A stretch of DNA of 64,000 bases, taken from contig JAHQJS010000007.1 of assembly GCA_019057385.1 (NCBI GenBank), positions 32,001 through 96,000 on the forward strand, given 5' to 3'. Made by a program: the position numbers and the translations under genes. The DNA is from Candidatus Borrarchaeum weybense. Its GTDB lineage: Archaea > Asgardarchaeota > Sifarchaeia > Borrarchaeales > Borrarchaeaceae. The notes beneath the pieces are model-generated. The model did not search any database. It had not been told where the DNA came from and was given only the letters and a program-made list of their open reading frames with translations. Shown piece after piece: positions 1 through 10,700 of this stretch. Positions within the stretch are counted from its first letter, which is position 1, and each line of letters starts with the position of its first letter.

Positions 1-3000
1 AATAAACCCAGACTTTAATTTGAATTGGTTCACCATCGTAGTCCTTAATGGTGACTCTAATATCTAGTGTATCTCCAAGTTCGATTCCAGTATCCACATC
101 TACGTCAATTTCAGGCGTGTATTTTACCTTCAAAGTTTCAGTCTTTGTCTTATCGTCTGTTACAATCTTAATCTTTTGACTACCTAGTTCATCTTGAACT
201 CTCAAATTGAGTTCAACTTCGCCATCAATATCTGTTGTATCTTCATCTTGTAATTCCCAGTTTCCATCGATCTCAGCATAGAGTTTTACGTTTATATTGA
301 CTTGTGGTTCGCCATCATTTGATATTTTCACCTTTACTGTGTGATCTTTACCTTTTTCAACGGTTAAATCGTTTAAGATCTCGATTATAGTTCCCTGTGG
401 TTCTTCTGGTTCATCTAAAATAGTAGTGCCGTGTTCCACTATGCTTATTCTGACAACACCTTGTCCGTCGTCTTTAGTGGCAACAATCTTGATAATACCT
501 GCACCAATTTGTGCGTCAGAAGGAATGACGCAGTTTATTGTGACATCACCCGCTTGGATACCAGTTAGTGTAATTCCTTCACCGATCAGCACATCATTAA
601 GGTACACTTGAACTACAGCATTACCAACACCAAAAAGGGGATTGTCTTTGTCTTTAACTTGGATATAAAGATCAACAACCTCGTTTTGACTATAGGAGTC
701 ATCTATGTTTGCAATGATATCCATATCGTCTACATACACAGACAATTGAACCGTATCCGAAACACAGTTATGATAATACAGAAACCCTTCAAAGTCTGCA
801 TAGACCGTTTGCACTTCACTTAATTCGTAGTTAAAGGTAAACTGTAATTCCGCGATCCCCTGAGCATTAGTAATTGTTGATCCTACGATGGTGTCATTAA
901 GATAGAACACAACAGATTGTCCTGAGATTGGATTTCCTGCCTCATCAAGCAAAGTGGTCTTGAATTTTACAGTATCGCCCTGTGTTACCGATGTTATAGG
1001 ATTGTCCTGTGTATCTGTTACTTCTATGGTTAACGAAGGATTAGAATATACCGTGACGGTTTGTGTGTCAGTATTGGGATCATAGAACCCACTTCCAGAA
1101 AATTCTGCTCGTACACTAACATCTCCAAGTAGATCATTAGTGATTGTCCAATCATAGGTTGCAAATCCGGAACTATTGGTCAATGAACTACCTAGTAATT
1201 GGCTATTAATATAGAAGTATATGGTATAACCTTCTAATGGTAAACCTGCATCGGTTAGCTCTGCAACTAATGTTACCACATCACCCCTATCTCCTTTGGT
1301 TGGTGTGCTTAGTGATAGGGAAGGAGTGGTATAGACCTCTAAATTAGTTGTTCCTGATTGACTAGCATAATAGTAACCAGATCCTGCGAATTCGGCATAG
1401 AACACATGAGTTCCTAATTGATCAGCCGTCCAAATGAACTCACCCATACCAGACGCATCGGTTGTAACAGTAGTCAAGATTGAACCGTTCAAGTAAATCA
1501 CAACGTCGTATCCTACCATTGCGCCATTTTCATCGGTCAATGTCACCGTTATGGTAACGGTATCGCCCTTATCTACGGTTGAATCTGATAACTGAATACT
1601 GACAGAAGTATTTGAATAGACCGTTGTAAAGACATCATTTGAAATATAACCAAAGGCAGGACATTCAACATGAAGAGTCTGCACGCCAAGTAAATCATTT
1701 GTTATTGTCCAGTCGTATGTGGCGAATCCTGAACTGTCTGTCATTGAACTTCCTAAGAGTGTTCCGTTTAGATAGAAGAATATTTCCTCTCCTTCGATGC
1801 CAATACCAAATGAGTCGGTTAGGGTCGCACTTAGTGTAAGCAGGTCTCCACGATCAGCTGTTTCAGGTGCGTCTATATAGAATGTTTGAACCTCTATTTG
1901 TTCCACTTGTGTAATAGCAGCATGATAATATCCCGTCTCATTGAATTGAGCATAGACGTTATACAAATTCGCACTGCCTGGAATCCATGTATATTCAGCT
2001 ATTCCAGTACTATTTGTTACAGCAGTCCCTAGTGGTACATCGTCTAGATAAAACTCGATTGTATACCCTTCTAATGGTAAACCACTTTCATCGGTCAAGA
2101 TTGCCTGAATTAGTACATTTTCACCAATCCGAGCATGGGGCTGCAATGTCAAATCTAATGAAGGATTAGAATAAACATCAAGGTCTTCCGTGTTAGAAGT
2201 GCTGGAATGATAATATCCGCTTGCGATGAACTCTGCACGAATTTGTTGTTGTCCTAGCATCGAATTATCGACCAGCCACTGAAATGTGGCCACTCCACTG
2301 GAATTTGTAACCTCAGAGCCAAGCAATGTCGTACCAGCATAGAATAGAACTGTGTAGCCATCCAAACCATTCAATAGATTATCGGTCAATGTAGCGATTA
2401 TCTCTACTGTATCTCCTCTGTCAGCTTCCATTACTTGAAGCTCGATGTGAAGATCTGTATTTGCATAGACTTCAAGTATATTCTGTGATTCGGTAAATCT
2501 AATGTACTGGGATATATTGACCAATCGAACTATTAGGTCGTGAGGTCCCACAGGTGAATCGACAGGAATACCGTAAATAAGTTCTACGTAGCCAGTTCCA
2601 TCAGTAACTCCACTATCAACTACCTGATCAATAGTTGCATCATATAATTCAACCGTATAATCTGACAAACTATTTCCTAATCCATCAGTTAGTGTAATAC
2701 TTACTGTGATTGATTCTTCTCTCGTAACCATCGAAGAACTTAACGTTGCATCAATTGTGACATTCATGTACACTTCCAGAGTGTCTGATTCCTCTGAAAA
2801 ATTGATGTCCCCTTCATAAACAGTAGCATTTATCGTATGCTCACCGTATACCGCATCTAGTGGAACAGTGTAGTCGTAAGAAGCGAGCCCTTGGTCATCT
2901 GTAATTGCTGTGCCTAGTAAGGTGTTATTATCATAGAATTTTACTTCTGTGCCAATTTCAGGTGTTGATGTAATAGAATCTGTGACCGTTGCATTTATTG

Positions 3001-3760
3001 TTACAGTTTCTCCTCTATTGATTTCTGTAGCAGATAGTTCTAAATCTATAGTGTACGGATTAACAAACTCAACAGTTGCATGGTCTACAAGCACTTCACC
3101 ACTTAAAGGAACTATTACAGTTGCATTAATCATATGAACTCCAACAGGACGGCTTTGGGTGATTTGCCAATCGTAAATTGCAATACCATCATTATCAGTA
3201 GATATCGACTGAATCCAATAATTCTCAGTGGGTGTTTCATCATAAAAATCAACAATTACGTCAGGGAAAGGATTACTTTCGTTATCAAGTACCGTAGCTT
3301 TAAGTTCCACTGTTGATCCTTTAAGTTGTCTATCAGGCGTTATTTCTAATGTAATTTCTAATTGATTTCCAAGAACTTGAATTGTTGTGGTGTCATTGTA
3401 TTCTGGAGATCCTGATAATTCAGCTCTAATGACATGACTACCCAAGGTAGCATCTGAAGGAATTGTATAATCATATATAGCGTATCCTTGATCATCTAAG
3501 ATCGCTGTACCAATATAAATATCATCATCATAAAAGTCAACAGGTTCGTTGATATATGGAATAGAGAATTCATCAGTTACTATCGCAGTTAGCTCACAGC
3601 TCTGATCTCTTTGTAATACTGATGGATTTGCCTCTAATGTTACGTTATATGTTTCAGCTCTAGCATTATCACCGTTTATTGCGACAAATATCATTATTAC
3701 TGCCAAAAAAAGGATTATGAATAGCCTCGTCTTTTTACTCCGTAATTTCTCAAATATCAT
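1..3760 (-). CDS. Giant secreted/surface protein with tandem bacterial Ig-like (Big/invasin-type) repeats; 3' end beyond window (>=1253 aa)
   Basis: ATG at 3760 gives MIFEKLRSKKTRLFIILFLAVIMIFVAINGDNARAETYNVTLEANPS (signal peptide). The same frame is open at the window edge (...RVTIKDYDGEPIQIKVWVY). Repeated ~95-100 aa units of the type RGDTVxxxATLTDxxGxPLEGYTxxFY...LGxxxTNSSGxA...VYSN. Absent from the ORF track because it has no stop in the window. Confidence 0.9.
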   Translation of the reverse strand, partial: MIFEKLRSKKTRLFIILFLAVIMIFVAINGDNARAETYNVTLEANPSVLQRDQSCELTAIVTDEFSIPYINEPVDFYDDDIYIGTAILDDQGYAIYDYTIPSDATLGSHVIRAELSGSPEYNDTTTIQVLGNQLEITLEITPDRQLKGSTVELKATVLDNESNPFPDVIVDFYDETPTENYWIQSISTDNDGIAIYDWQITQSRPVGVHMINATVIVPLSGEVLVDHATVEFVNPYTIDLELSATEINRGETVTINATVTDSITSTPEIGTEVKFYDNNTLLGTAITDDQGLASYDYTVPLDAVYGEHTINATVYEGDINFSEESDTLEVYMNVTIDATLSSSMVTREESITVSITLTDGLGNSLSDYTVELYDATIDQVVDSGVTDGTGYVELIYGIPVDSPVGPHDLIVRLVNISQYIRFTESQNILEVYANTDLHIELQVMEADRGDTVEIIATLTDNLLNGLDGYTVLFYAGTTLLGSEVTNSSGVATFQWLVDNSMLGQQQIRAEFIASGYYHSSTSNTEDLDVYSNPSLDLTLQPHARIGENVLIQAILTDESGLPLEGYTIEFYLDDVPLGTAVTNSTGIAEYTWIPGSANLYNVYAQFNETGYYHAAITQVEQIEVQTFYIDAPETADRGDLLTLSATLTDSFGIGIEGEEIFFYLNGTLLGSSMTDSSGFATYDWTITNDLLGVQTLHVECPAFGYISNDVFTTVYSNTSVSIQLSDSTVDKGDTVTITVTLTDENGAMVGYDVVIYLNGSILTTVTTDASGMGEFIWTADQLGTHVFYAEFAGSGYYYASQSGTTNLEVYTTPSLSLSTPTKGDRGDVVTLVAELTDAGLPLEGYTIYFYINSQLLGSSLTNSSGFATYDWTITNDLLGDVSVRAEFSGSGFYDPNTDTQTVTVYSNPSLTIEVTDTQDNPITSVTQGDTVKFKTTLLDEAGNPISGQSVVFYLNDTIVGSTITNAQGIAELQFTFNYELSEVQTVYADFEGFLYYHNCVSDTVQLSVYVDDMDIIANIDDSYSQNEVVDLYIQVKDKDNPLFGVGNAVVQVYLNDVLIGEGITLTGIQAGDVTINCVIPSDAQIGAGIIKIVATKDDGQGVVRISIVEHGTTILDEPEEPQGTIIEILNDLTVEKGKDHTVKVKISNDGEPQVNINVKLYAEIDGNWELQDEDTTDIDGEVELNLRVQDELGSQKIKIVTDDKTKTETLKVKYTPEIDVDVDTGIELGDTLDIRVTIKDYDGEPIQIKVWVY

Positions 3761-3996
3761 TTGTGCTGCACCAATCACCCATTTTATTTTAATTTTTTTT
3801 CAAATAAAGACTCTCAATTAAAATAAACGAAACCTGCTTTATAAAGAAATAAACCTCCTTTTTAAACAAAGTCTAGCCTTAATAACTCAGAGAATTTAGA
3901 TGAATAGTTTTGTAACTTTGATGAACTAATTGAATTAATTTATGCACATTAGGTGTTTGCTCGGCATTTCAATAGAGGGGAACAGAGGTTAAGGTT

Positions 3997-5592
3997 TTGA
4001 AAAACGCACTTCCTGTAAACTACATTTCCCATCCCTTGCTTACAGAAAACTGTATTGAGAGTCGAATCTATCAACAGAAAATACTAGCCAGAGCAATTCA
4101 TAACAACACTATCATTGTACTTCCTGCCGGAATGGGGAAGACCATAATAGCTACTCTGATTATAGCCTACCATTTGAACAAGAACGTTGGGAAGAATGGA
4201 ACAATCAATACTCAGTGCATTTTTTTAACTCCAACGAAACCGTTAGTTCTCAAATACATTGTCATGCTGCAAGAAAAATTGACGATCCCTGAGCATATCA
4301 ATTACATTATTGGAAATATTTCAAATGATAAAAGAGCCAAGTTATTTAAGAAGTCTAAAATTGTAGTAATGACGCCCAATGTGTTATATACTGATATAAT
4401 TAACGATCGCTACGATTTTGGGAACGTTTCGCTTATTGTTTTTGATGAATGTCATCGTGCTGCTGGGAAACATGCTTACGTTAAAGTTGCAGATCAATAT
4501 TTTCTACAAAAGAGTAAAGGAAGAGTATTAGGAATAACAACTTCTTTAGGGAATAAAAGAATAACAGAAGAAGTCTGTCGCAATCTGCGAATCACATCAG
4601 TAGATAGTAGAACAACAAGCGATTACGATATATCCTCATATGTTTCTCAAAAAAGAATTGAATGGCACATGATCCCTCTTCCAAAATTGTTCCAGGACAT
4701 CAGAACAGTACTCGAAAAGCAACTATATAGATTCATAGAGGGTTTAGCAAAAAAGAGTGTTAATGTTCCAGACGATCCTAGAAAGATCACCTTAAAGCAG
4801 TTAGTTGAGTTACAAGGTGAGTATCAGAATAAACTCTCATCAATACCCTTAAGAACTAAATTATCAGCGAATTTGAAGCTTTTAATTGCACAAATAGCAT
4901 CCTGTATTCGCTTATTCCATTTGATTGAAAGAATTGAGACTCAGGGGCTCAGCTCAGCAAAACACTTCATAGAAAAAATAAAGGAAAAAGCACTCCAAGA
5001 CAAAAAGGGATATACAAAAAGGGAGATGTTACGACGATTTTATCGTTTAAAATCTATTAAAACAGTTGAAAAAATGCTTGAAGAGGGATTAAGAGAGGGT
5101 TATGAGCATCCTAAGATCATTGAAACGGTCGAGATAGTTAAAAAACAAATAACCGAAAAGCCCGATTCTAGGATTCTTATATTTGCAAATTATAGAGCGT
5201 CAATTAATATCATTGTTGACGAACTTAATAAGATGAATTTAGAAGCAAAGAAAGTCTGTGCAGCTGGTCTTGTCGGGCATAAGCATAAAGGAACAATTGG
5301 TGGTCTATCATCAAAACAGCAAATGACGTTACTTAAACACTTTAAAGAGGGTATCATTAATGTGCTTGTTGCTACGAGCGTGGCTGAACAAGGGCTAGAT
5401 ATAATAGACTCTGATCTCGTTTTATTTTACGATTGTGTGCCGGATCAAATCAGGGCTCACCAAAGACGGAACAGAACAGTTAAACAAAGGCTTGGTAATG
5501 TGATTATTCTAATTACAAAAGGTACTGCTGATGAAAGATATTATTGGGTTGTTAGAGAGGCTGAAAAGAGACAAAAAAGTGATACAAACTAA
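3997..5592 (+). CDS. Hef/FANCM/Mph1-family SF2 helicase, helicase module only, with degenerate motifs
   Basis: ESRIYQ Q-motif, LPAGMGKT, PTKPLV, DECHRA, HPK, VATSVAEQGLDI. No C-terminal ERCC4 nuclease domain. Confidence 0.88.
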   Translation: MKNALPVNYISHPLLTENCIESRIYQQKILARAIHNNTIIVLPAGMGKTIIATLIIAYHLNKNVGKNGTINTQCIFLTPTKPLVLKYIVMLQEKLTIPEHINYIIGNISNDKRAKLFKKSKIVVMTPNVLYTDIINDRYDFGNVSLIVFDECHRAAGKHAYVKVADQYFLQKSKGRVLGITTSLGNKRITEEVCRNLRITSVDSRTTSDYDISSYVSQKRIEWHMIPLPKLFQDIRTVLEKQLYRFIEGLAKKSVNVPDDPRKITLKQLVELQGEYQNKLSSIPLRTKLSANLKLLIAQIASCIRLFHLIERIETQGLSSAKHFIEKIKEKALQDKKGYTKREMLRRFYRLKSIKTVEKMLEEGLREGYEHPKIIETVEIVKKQITEKPDSRILIFANYRASINIIVDELNKMNLEAKKVCAAGLVGHKHKGTIGGLSSKQQMTLLKHFKEGIINVLVATSVAEQGLDIIDSDLVLFYDCVPDQIRAHQRRNRTVKQRLGNVIILITKGTADERYYWVVREAEKRQKSDTN

Positions 5593-5609
5593 TCTGTCCA
5601 GATTTGTTG

Positions 5610-6803
5610 TTAAGAAGTTTCTTCTCTTATTCTGAGTGTTTTTATCTTCCCAGAGTCATTTGCATCAACATAAGATAATACTTGAACTTTTGTTTCCTTA
5701 GCAAAACTTCGTTTGTACTTCAAAGTAAAGAACAAGAATGATGGAACGAAGATCAAGAGAGCTACCACTAAACTGAATGAAAGAATGTTCGGTATATCTA
5801 CTGTTGAGATTTCACTATTGCCTTCATTGTTAAAATTGCTATTAGAGAATGAAATCTTTGAATTATCACCGATTTTAAGGACAAAGGTATAGGGTGTTTC
5901 TCCTCCATTTCCAGCAACTCGATATGAATTTATGAGTATTTGAAATCGAATTGAGTTTCTTCCAGCGTTAAGAGTAGTTGGTGTTACTTGTATTTTACCT
6001 TCTTCAAATATCTTTTCTTCTTCGTATAATGCTTTATCATTAACATAGACATTGTACGTCACTTCACAATCGCTAGGAACATCTTTGTGAAACATGACGT
6101 CAAGTTGTGTATTAACCGAAGTCAAATTCCTTTGTAAGAAGAATTCTACTTGAGGTTCAAACTTACAGCTATAAAATCCACCGATAGCGCCTGTGCCCAC
6201 TATCTTATCTTCATAATTGTTACTAGGTAACACTACCAAATCGTTTAATGAATAGTCTCCTGTAGATTTTATGACATTTATTCCGGTGATTTCAAAATAG
6301 GATTCCCCAAAGAGCGTGAACGTAGAGATTGCAGTAGAGAGTGATTTAAACGAAATGGTAATAGTTATTGCATTCGTTCCGTCTTTCATATATTCATAGG
6401 GAATTTCAATATGCCGCCACTGTTTGGTGCCACGTTCGATGAATCTAAAAATCGAACTTTTTACGACATGGTCATCGTTAACGGTAACTGCTATGTCAAA
6501 ATCACTAGAAGGACGACTTCCGCCTGCCAGATAATTCAAATGGAGAGAATAGCGGTTGTGAGAATTATCATCTATGTCTACATTGAATTCTATGGTTTCT
6601 TCGCATTCATTTCCATTCTCTGAACTAAAGACTCGTGTATTAATTCCTAAAGAATTAAACGTGAGCATGTCAGAGTCACTTTGCGCTTCAATAGCAATCG
6701 CATTTGATACAAAAAGCGATGTAATAACGGTCAAGAAAAGTAAAATAAACAAAACGATCAGGAATTTTGATCGAATAGACCTTTTGGCTAAGTAAACCCT
6801 CAT
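5610..6803 (-). CDS. Exported beta-rich protein with N-terminal signal/TM and C-terminal membrane anchor
   Basis: Hydrophobic N-terminus, two beta-sandwich-like regions (GTNAITITISF, GRNSIRFQILI), C-terminal TM followed by KYKR. Start overlaps the upstream gene (ATGA). Confidence 0.8.
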   Translation of the reverse strand: MRVYLAKRSIRSKFLIVLFILLFLTVITSLFVSNAIAIEAQSDSDMLTFNSLGINTRVFSSENGNECEETIEFNVDIDDNSHNRYSLHLNYLAGGSRPSSDFDIAVTVNDDHVVKSSIFRFIERGTKQWRHIEIPYEYMKDGTNAITITISFKSLSTAISTFTLFGESYFEITGINVIKSTGDYSLNDLVVLPSNNYEDKIVGTGAIGGFYSCKFEPQVEFFLQRNLTSVNTQLDVMFHKDVPSDCEVTYNVYVNDKALYEEEKIFEEGKIQVTPTTLNAGRNSIRFQILINSYRVAGNGGETPYTFVLKIGDNSKISFSNSNFNNEGNSEISTVDIPNILSFSLVVALLIFVPSFLFFTLKYKRSFAKETKVQVLSYVDANDSGKIKTLRIREETS

Positions 6804-7708
6804 AATACCACCACAACTGGAGTTATATCAAGACTAACTCCTAATCTTTTCAGAGAATCTTCTAGACTCTTGGTTATGCTGTAGATTTCAATAGGTTCCT
6901 TTGATGAAAGTGAAATTTTATCCATGTGTCTCTTTATTGGCAGCCACCTTGGACGTGATTTTAGCGTTTGGCTGTACTTTTTCAGTGAATCATATAACTC
7001 ATCGATTGAGGTGTCAATAGACGGCAGTTCACGCAGCATTTGTGCATATCTTGCCTTTAATGCGAATACTAGTGCCAGTTTCCCCTCTTTATAAAACTCA
7101 GAATCTAGTCCACCACCTTCTAGTAAACTACAAGCTTTATCCCAATGCTTTCTGCTTTTTTCGTACATGAATTTGTAGAACTCAATCAATTCTATCCTAA
7201 TTTCCTTTTGTATTCTCTTCTCAGATAATCTCATAAGTTCGTCTTTCATATTCTCTGGAAGCTTTCTTGTAGCTGGACCTACCAAAGTTTTTACAGCCTT
7301 TCTTGATACGCTTAAAAGTCCGATCCCGCTATCTATTGATCGCCTCAGTTCAGCAGTGAAAAAACGAACTATATGTTCTTTTTTAAGAGAAGAGGCTGGA
7401 AATGCTAAGTATGTAATGTTTGATATTTCCCTAAACACTTCTGGATGTTCGACAAAAGGCTCATTTTCAACCTCTATTGCCACTATGTTCGAAAATGGAT
7501 CTATGAGTAACAAATCAGGTCTTCTTTGTTTTAGGTATCCAGGAAAAGTTATTGTAGTGTCATCTTCAGTTATTTGCAGTTCCAACAGTACTTTATAACC
7601 CCGATTCGTAAAATGTTTCTTTAATACTTCTGCAACTTCTCTTTCATTCAATTTTTTACCCTCTAATTCACACATTTTCTGTAAAACCACATCTTTGCAG
7701 AAATCCAT
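6800..7708 (-). CDS. PD-(D/E)xK nuclease-fold protein fused to a HEPN-like helical domain
   Basis: EREVAEVLKKHFTNRGYKV...RPDLLLID...AIEVEN. C-terminal HWDKACSLL...LALVFALKA resembles HEPN N-terminal helices. Confidence 0.65.
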   Translation of the reverse strand: MDFCKDVVLQKMCELEGKKLNEREVAEVLKKHFTNRGYKVLLELQITEDDTTITFPGYLKQRRPDLLLIDPFSNIVAIEVENEPFVEHPEVFREISNITYLAFPASSLKKEHIVRFFTAELRRSIDSGIGLLSVSRKAVKTLVGPATRKLPENMKDELMRLSEKRIQKEIRIELIEFYKFMYEKSRKHWDKACSLLEGGGLDSEFYKEGKLALVFALKARYAQMLRELPSIDTSIDELYDSLKKYSQTLKSRPRWLPIKRHMDKISLSSKEPIEIYSITKSLEDSLKRLGVSLDITPVVVVL

Positions 7709-10700
7709 CAGATTCCCTTAACAGTCCTCTATTTATCATTGCATTGATTGCCCTTTCAATTCCAAGATTATCATAAGTATGAGCTGACTTAAGTATGAGT
7801 TGGTTTTTTATTACAGATTTAAGACCACCTTCTCGCCCTATTATATCCCAAATATCTTTTAAGAGTCCATTCAATTTCAAATCATCATGAAAACTAATAT
7901 TATTAACTGGTAACGCTTCAACAACGTTTTCTGATGGAAAAATATTGTCTATAAAATTCTCTGCAGAATCAATTTGTTCTCTTTTGATATTCTTAATTTC
8001 TTGTTCTTCAAATGATTCTTCTGAAGAATTATTCAACAGTTGTTTAATTACGCGTATACGGTCTCTAACCTTAAGTTTGAATTTCTCTAATTCAGCTATG
8101 ATAAGTTCAGTATCCCCAATTATTGAGTCGATATCTGCTTGTTCGAGCATAATTCCTTTAACTATTGCCAGTTTATGTTTCTGGATAACGTTTTGCAGGC
8201 CTGAATAGTCAATAGGAAGAACTATTTCACAAGTAATTAAGGCTCGTACAATTTGATCTAATTCTATTTTTGCATCTGTATCAATCTCAAGTAATCGTAG
8301 GAGCGCTATCTTTATTGCATCATAACAAAAGACTATTGAAGACGTTGCTGCTTGAGGATAATTGTTCCTTAATTCATGTGCCTGTCTTAATAGGTTTCTT
8401 GCATCATTTGGGGAAGCCTTTTCTTCTATTGATTTAAGATAGCCTTCAATTCCAGGTTGATCATCGATTAATGGTGTATTTGGAAGCACAGGTTTTTCAA
8501 TCTCAATATTTTTGTCAGAAATATTATTATTGCCTGTAAAGGATTCATTAGCATCAATCGATTGCTGTATCTTTAGAGTTTTCTTCATTTCATACTCTTC
8601 AATGGCTTGAAGCCCTTTTGGACTTATACTGATAGTTGTAAGAGGTTTAAATGAATCTCTCGGAGTATATTCTTTCCGAAAAACATATCGTTGCTTGATC
8701 AAATTTATTGTTGCCTTAGCAAGTTGTTTTTCATCAGTAGTATCATGTAACATTTCTGAAAGTGCAGAATACATTACACCCCGATCGCCCATATCTCTTA
8801 ATGTATGCAAGATATTGTAATACAGATCAATTTCACTATCGAAATCTTTTTCTAGAACTGTTTGCTTTAATTTTCCATTATTCCATATCGGTGACATTGG
8901 AACTGACTTAGTTTTTTGATCATCATCCCTCTCAGTAGAACTAGTATATGTTTGCACGTCCTCTACTTTCAGAGGAACATACTGTGCTGCTTCTCCTTTT
9001 TTCTGCAAGAATAATATGGCGTGATTACTCTTCATTGTTCTCAAATACGTCTCCTGAAGGGGATTCGGAGACCGAGAATCGATACCTCTTTCTTTCAAAC
9101 CTAGTGTGTCACTTACTAATTGTATATCTGTGGCTGTGGTGACGCGTCCTATAATCTTGGTACGAGGAAGGTTAAATAAATAAGGAGTTTCACTTGGCGA
9201 TTCCATAGAGACAATAAGTGAGGTATTTCGCAAACTTTCCAAAGCAAAGAATTTCTCTACTCTCGACCTATAACGATAAGAAACGAGATAAGAGGCCTCA
9301 GGAAAGATCATATCGGAATTTTCTATGATTAATACGGTGTTTTGAGAAGCTGAAGGGTTATATCTTCGGTAAGTGTGTATCGAGTGAATCAGAAGTTGAA
9401 GGAGGAATGATAGGAAATTCCTATCGCTAAAGTCTGATAGATCGATAACGGTTAAACCTTCAGTGTTGAACAGCATGTGAAATGGATGTGAAGTTGTAGA
9501 ACCAATGGCAGCGATTCTTTTTCGATCTGATAAAATTCTTTCCAACACATCTTTTAACTCTTCAAGTGCAGGAGTACCAAATTCGATGAATTCTTCATCC
9601 TCTGAAAACTCTAAATTTTCTAATAACTCAATTAAAGTAGGAGGATCATTCTCACCATTATTCATTTTTGATTCATAGAGTTCTTTTAATTTCTTGGTCA
9701 CAAATTGCCAGCGACTGAGATCTCCCTTGCCATAAATTTTCTGTAATATTGTTAGAAAGCCATCAATGAAGTCCCCTATGTTTCCACCCATTCGATCAAG
9801 TGGATTGAAACAAAAATCAGTTCCTAATTTTAATGAGTGTGCAGGAAGATCAAAATAATTTGGTTCATTTCTTTTTGCTCTTTCTGAATATTGTGGATCG
9901 ATTAAAATCACATTATGTTGTCTTTTACACAACTCGTGGATTATACGTCTTATTGTAGTAATCCGATCTACTCCATAGACACCTATGTTAGTTTTCAAAT
10001 GCTGTATATCAAAACCTACCTCACGAGTTGTAACGGTATCTGATGTCGTATCAACCGCGTATCCCAAGAAGATGGTATTCTCTGTCTTTGCGGGAATTGC
10101 GAATTGCGCTGGTTGATATCTCTTTGCGACACCAGAAACGACCTCGAAGAATCCTTGGCTTTGTCTCTTTGAAAAGTAACAGCTATCTGCTTCTAAGGGT
10201 CTTTTGAAGACTCCTACTTTGATCTCCGAATCTTTTTGTGATTGGTCTAGTTTCACAGTTTCAATTGAATACGAGGAATAGAGTTGGGATAAGAGATATT
10301 CAAAACTTAACGAGATCTTCGTTGGATTTGAGGGAATAAACTTCAGAGTTGGAAATGCATTCTTAATAGAAACTTTCAATTGTTGATTTACTTCATCAAA
10401 TTTAGCTAAGATATCATTAAGTTTCTCTTGTCCATCGTACACAAACGGCTGAGTTACTACGAAATATGGTGTAATTGCGAAATATGGCTCGGGATTGTAA
10501 TGCATTCTTCTGCCGTCCAAAATTTCTTCATCAACTAATTCAACATTTGTGTTAGCTATGCGACCTTTCGCATGAACAAATGACCTTAAATTCGATCTGT
10601 TTATGGAAAGTGTCCTGAATAGTTTTTGCAAGCCATCGGTTTTTGTTATAGGACTTTCTTGAGAATATGAGCTGCTGCTAACCGTTCGGGGTATTCCTTC

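Noticed and set aside
426-3316. Six short plus-strand ORFs in the ORF track
   Set aside because: They are antisense shadows of the large minus-strand Ig-repeat gene and have no recognisable motifs.
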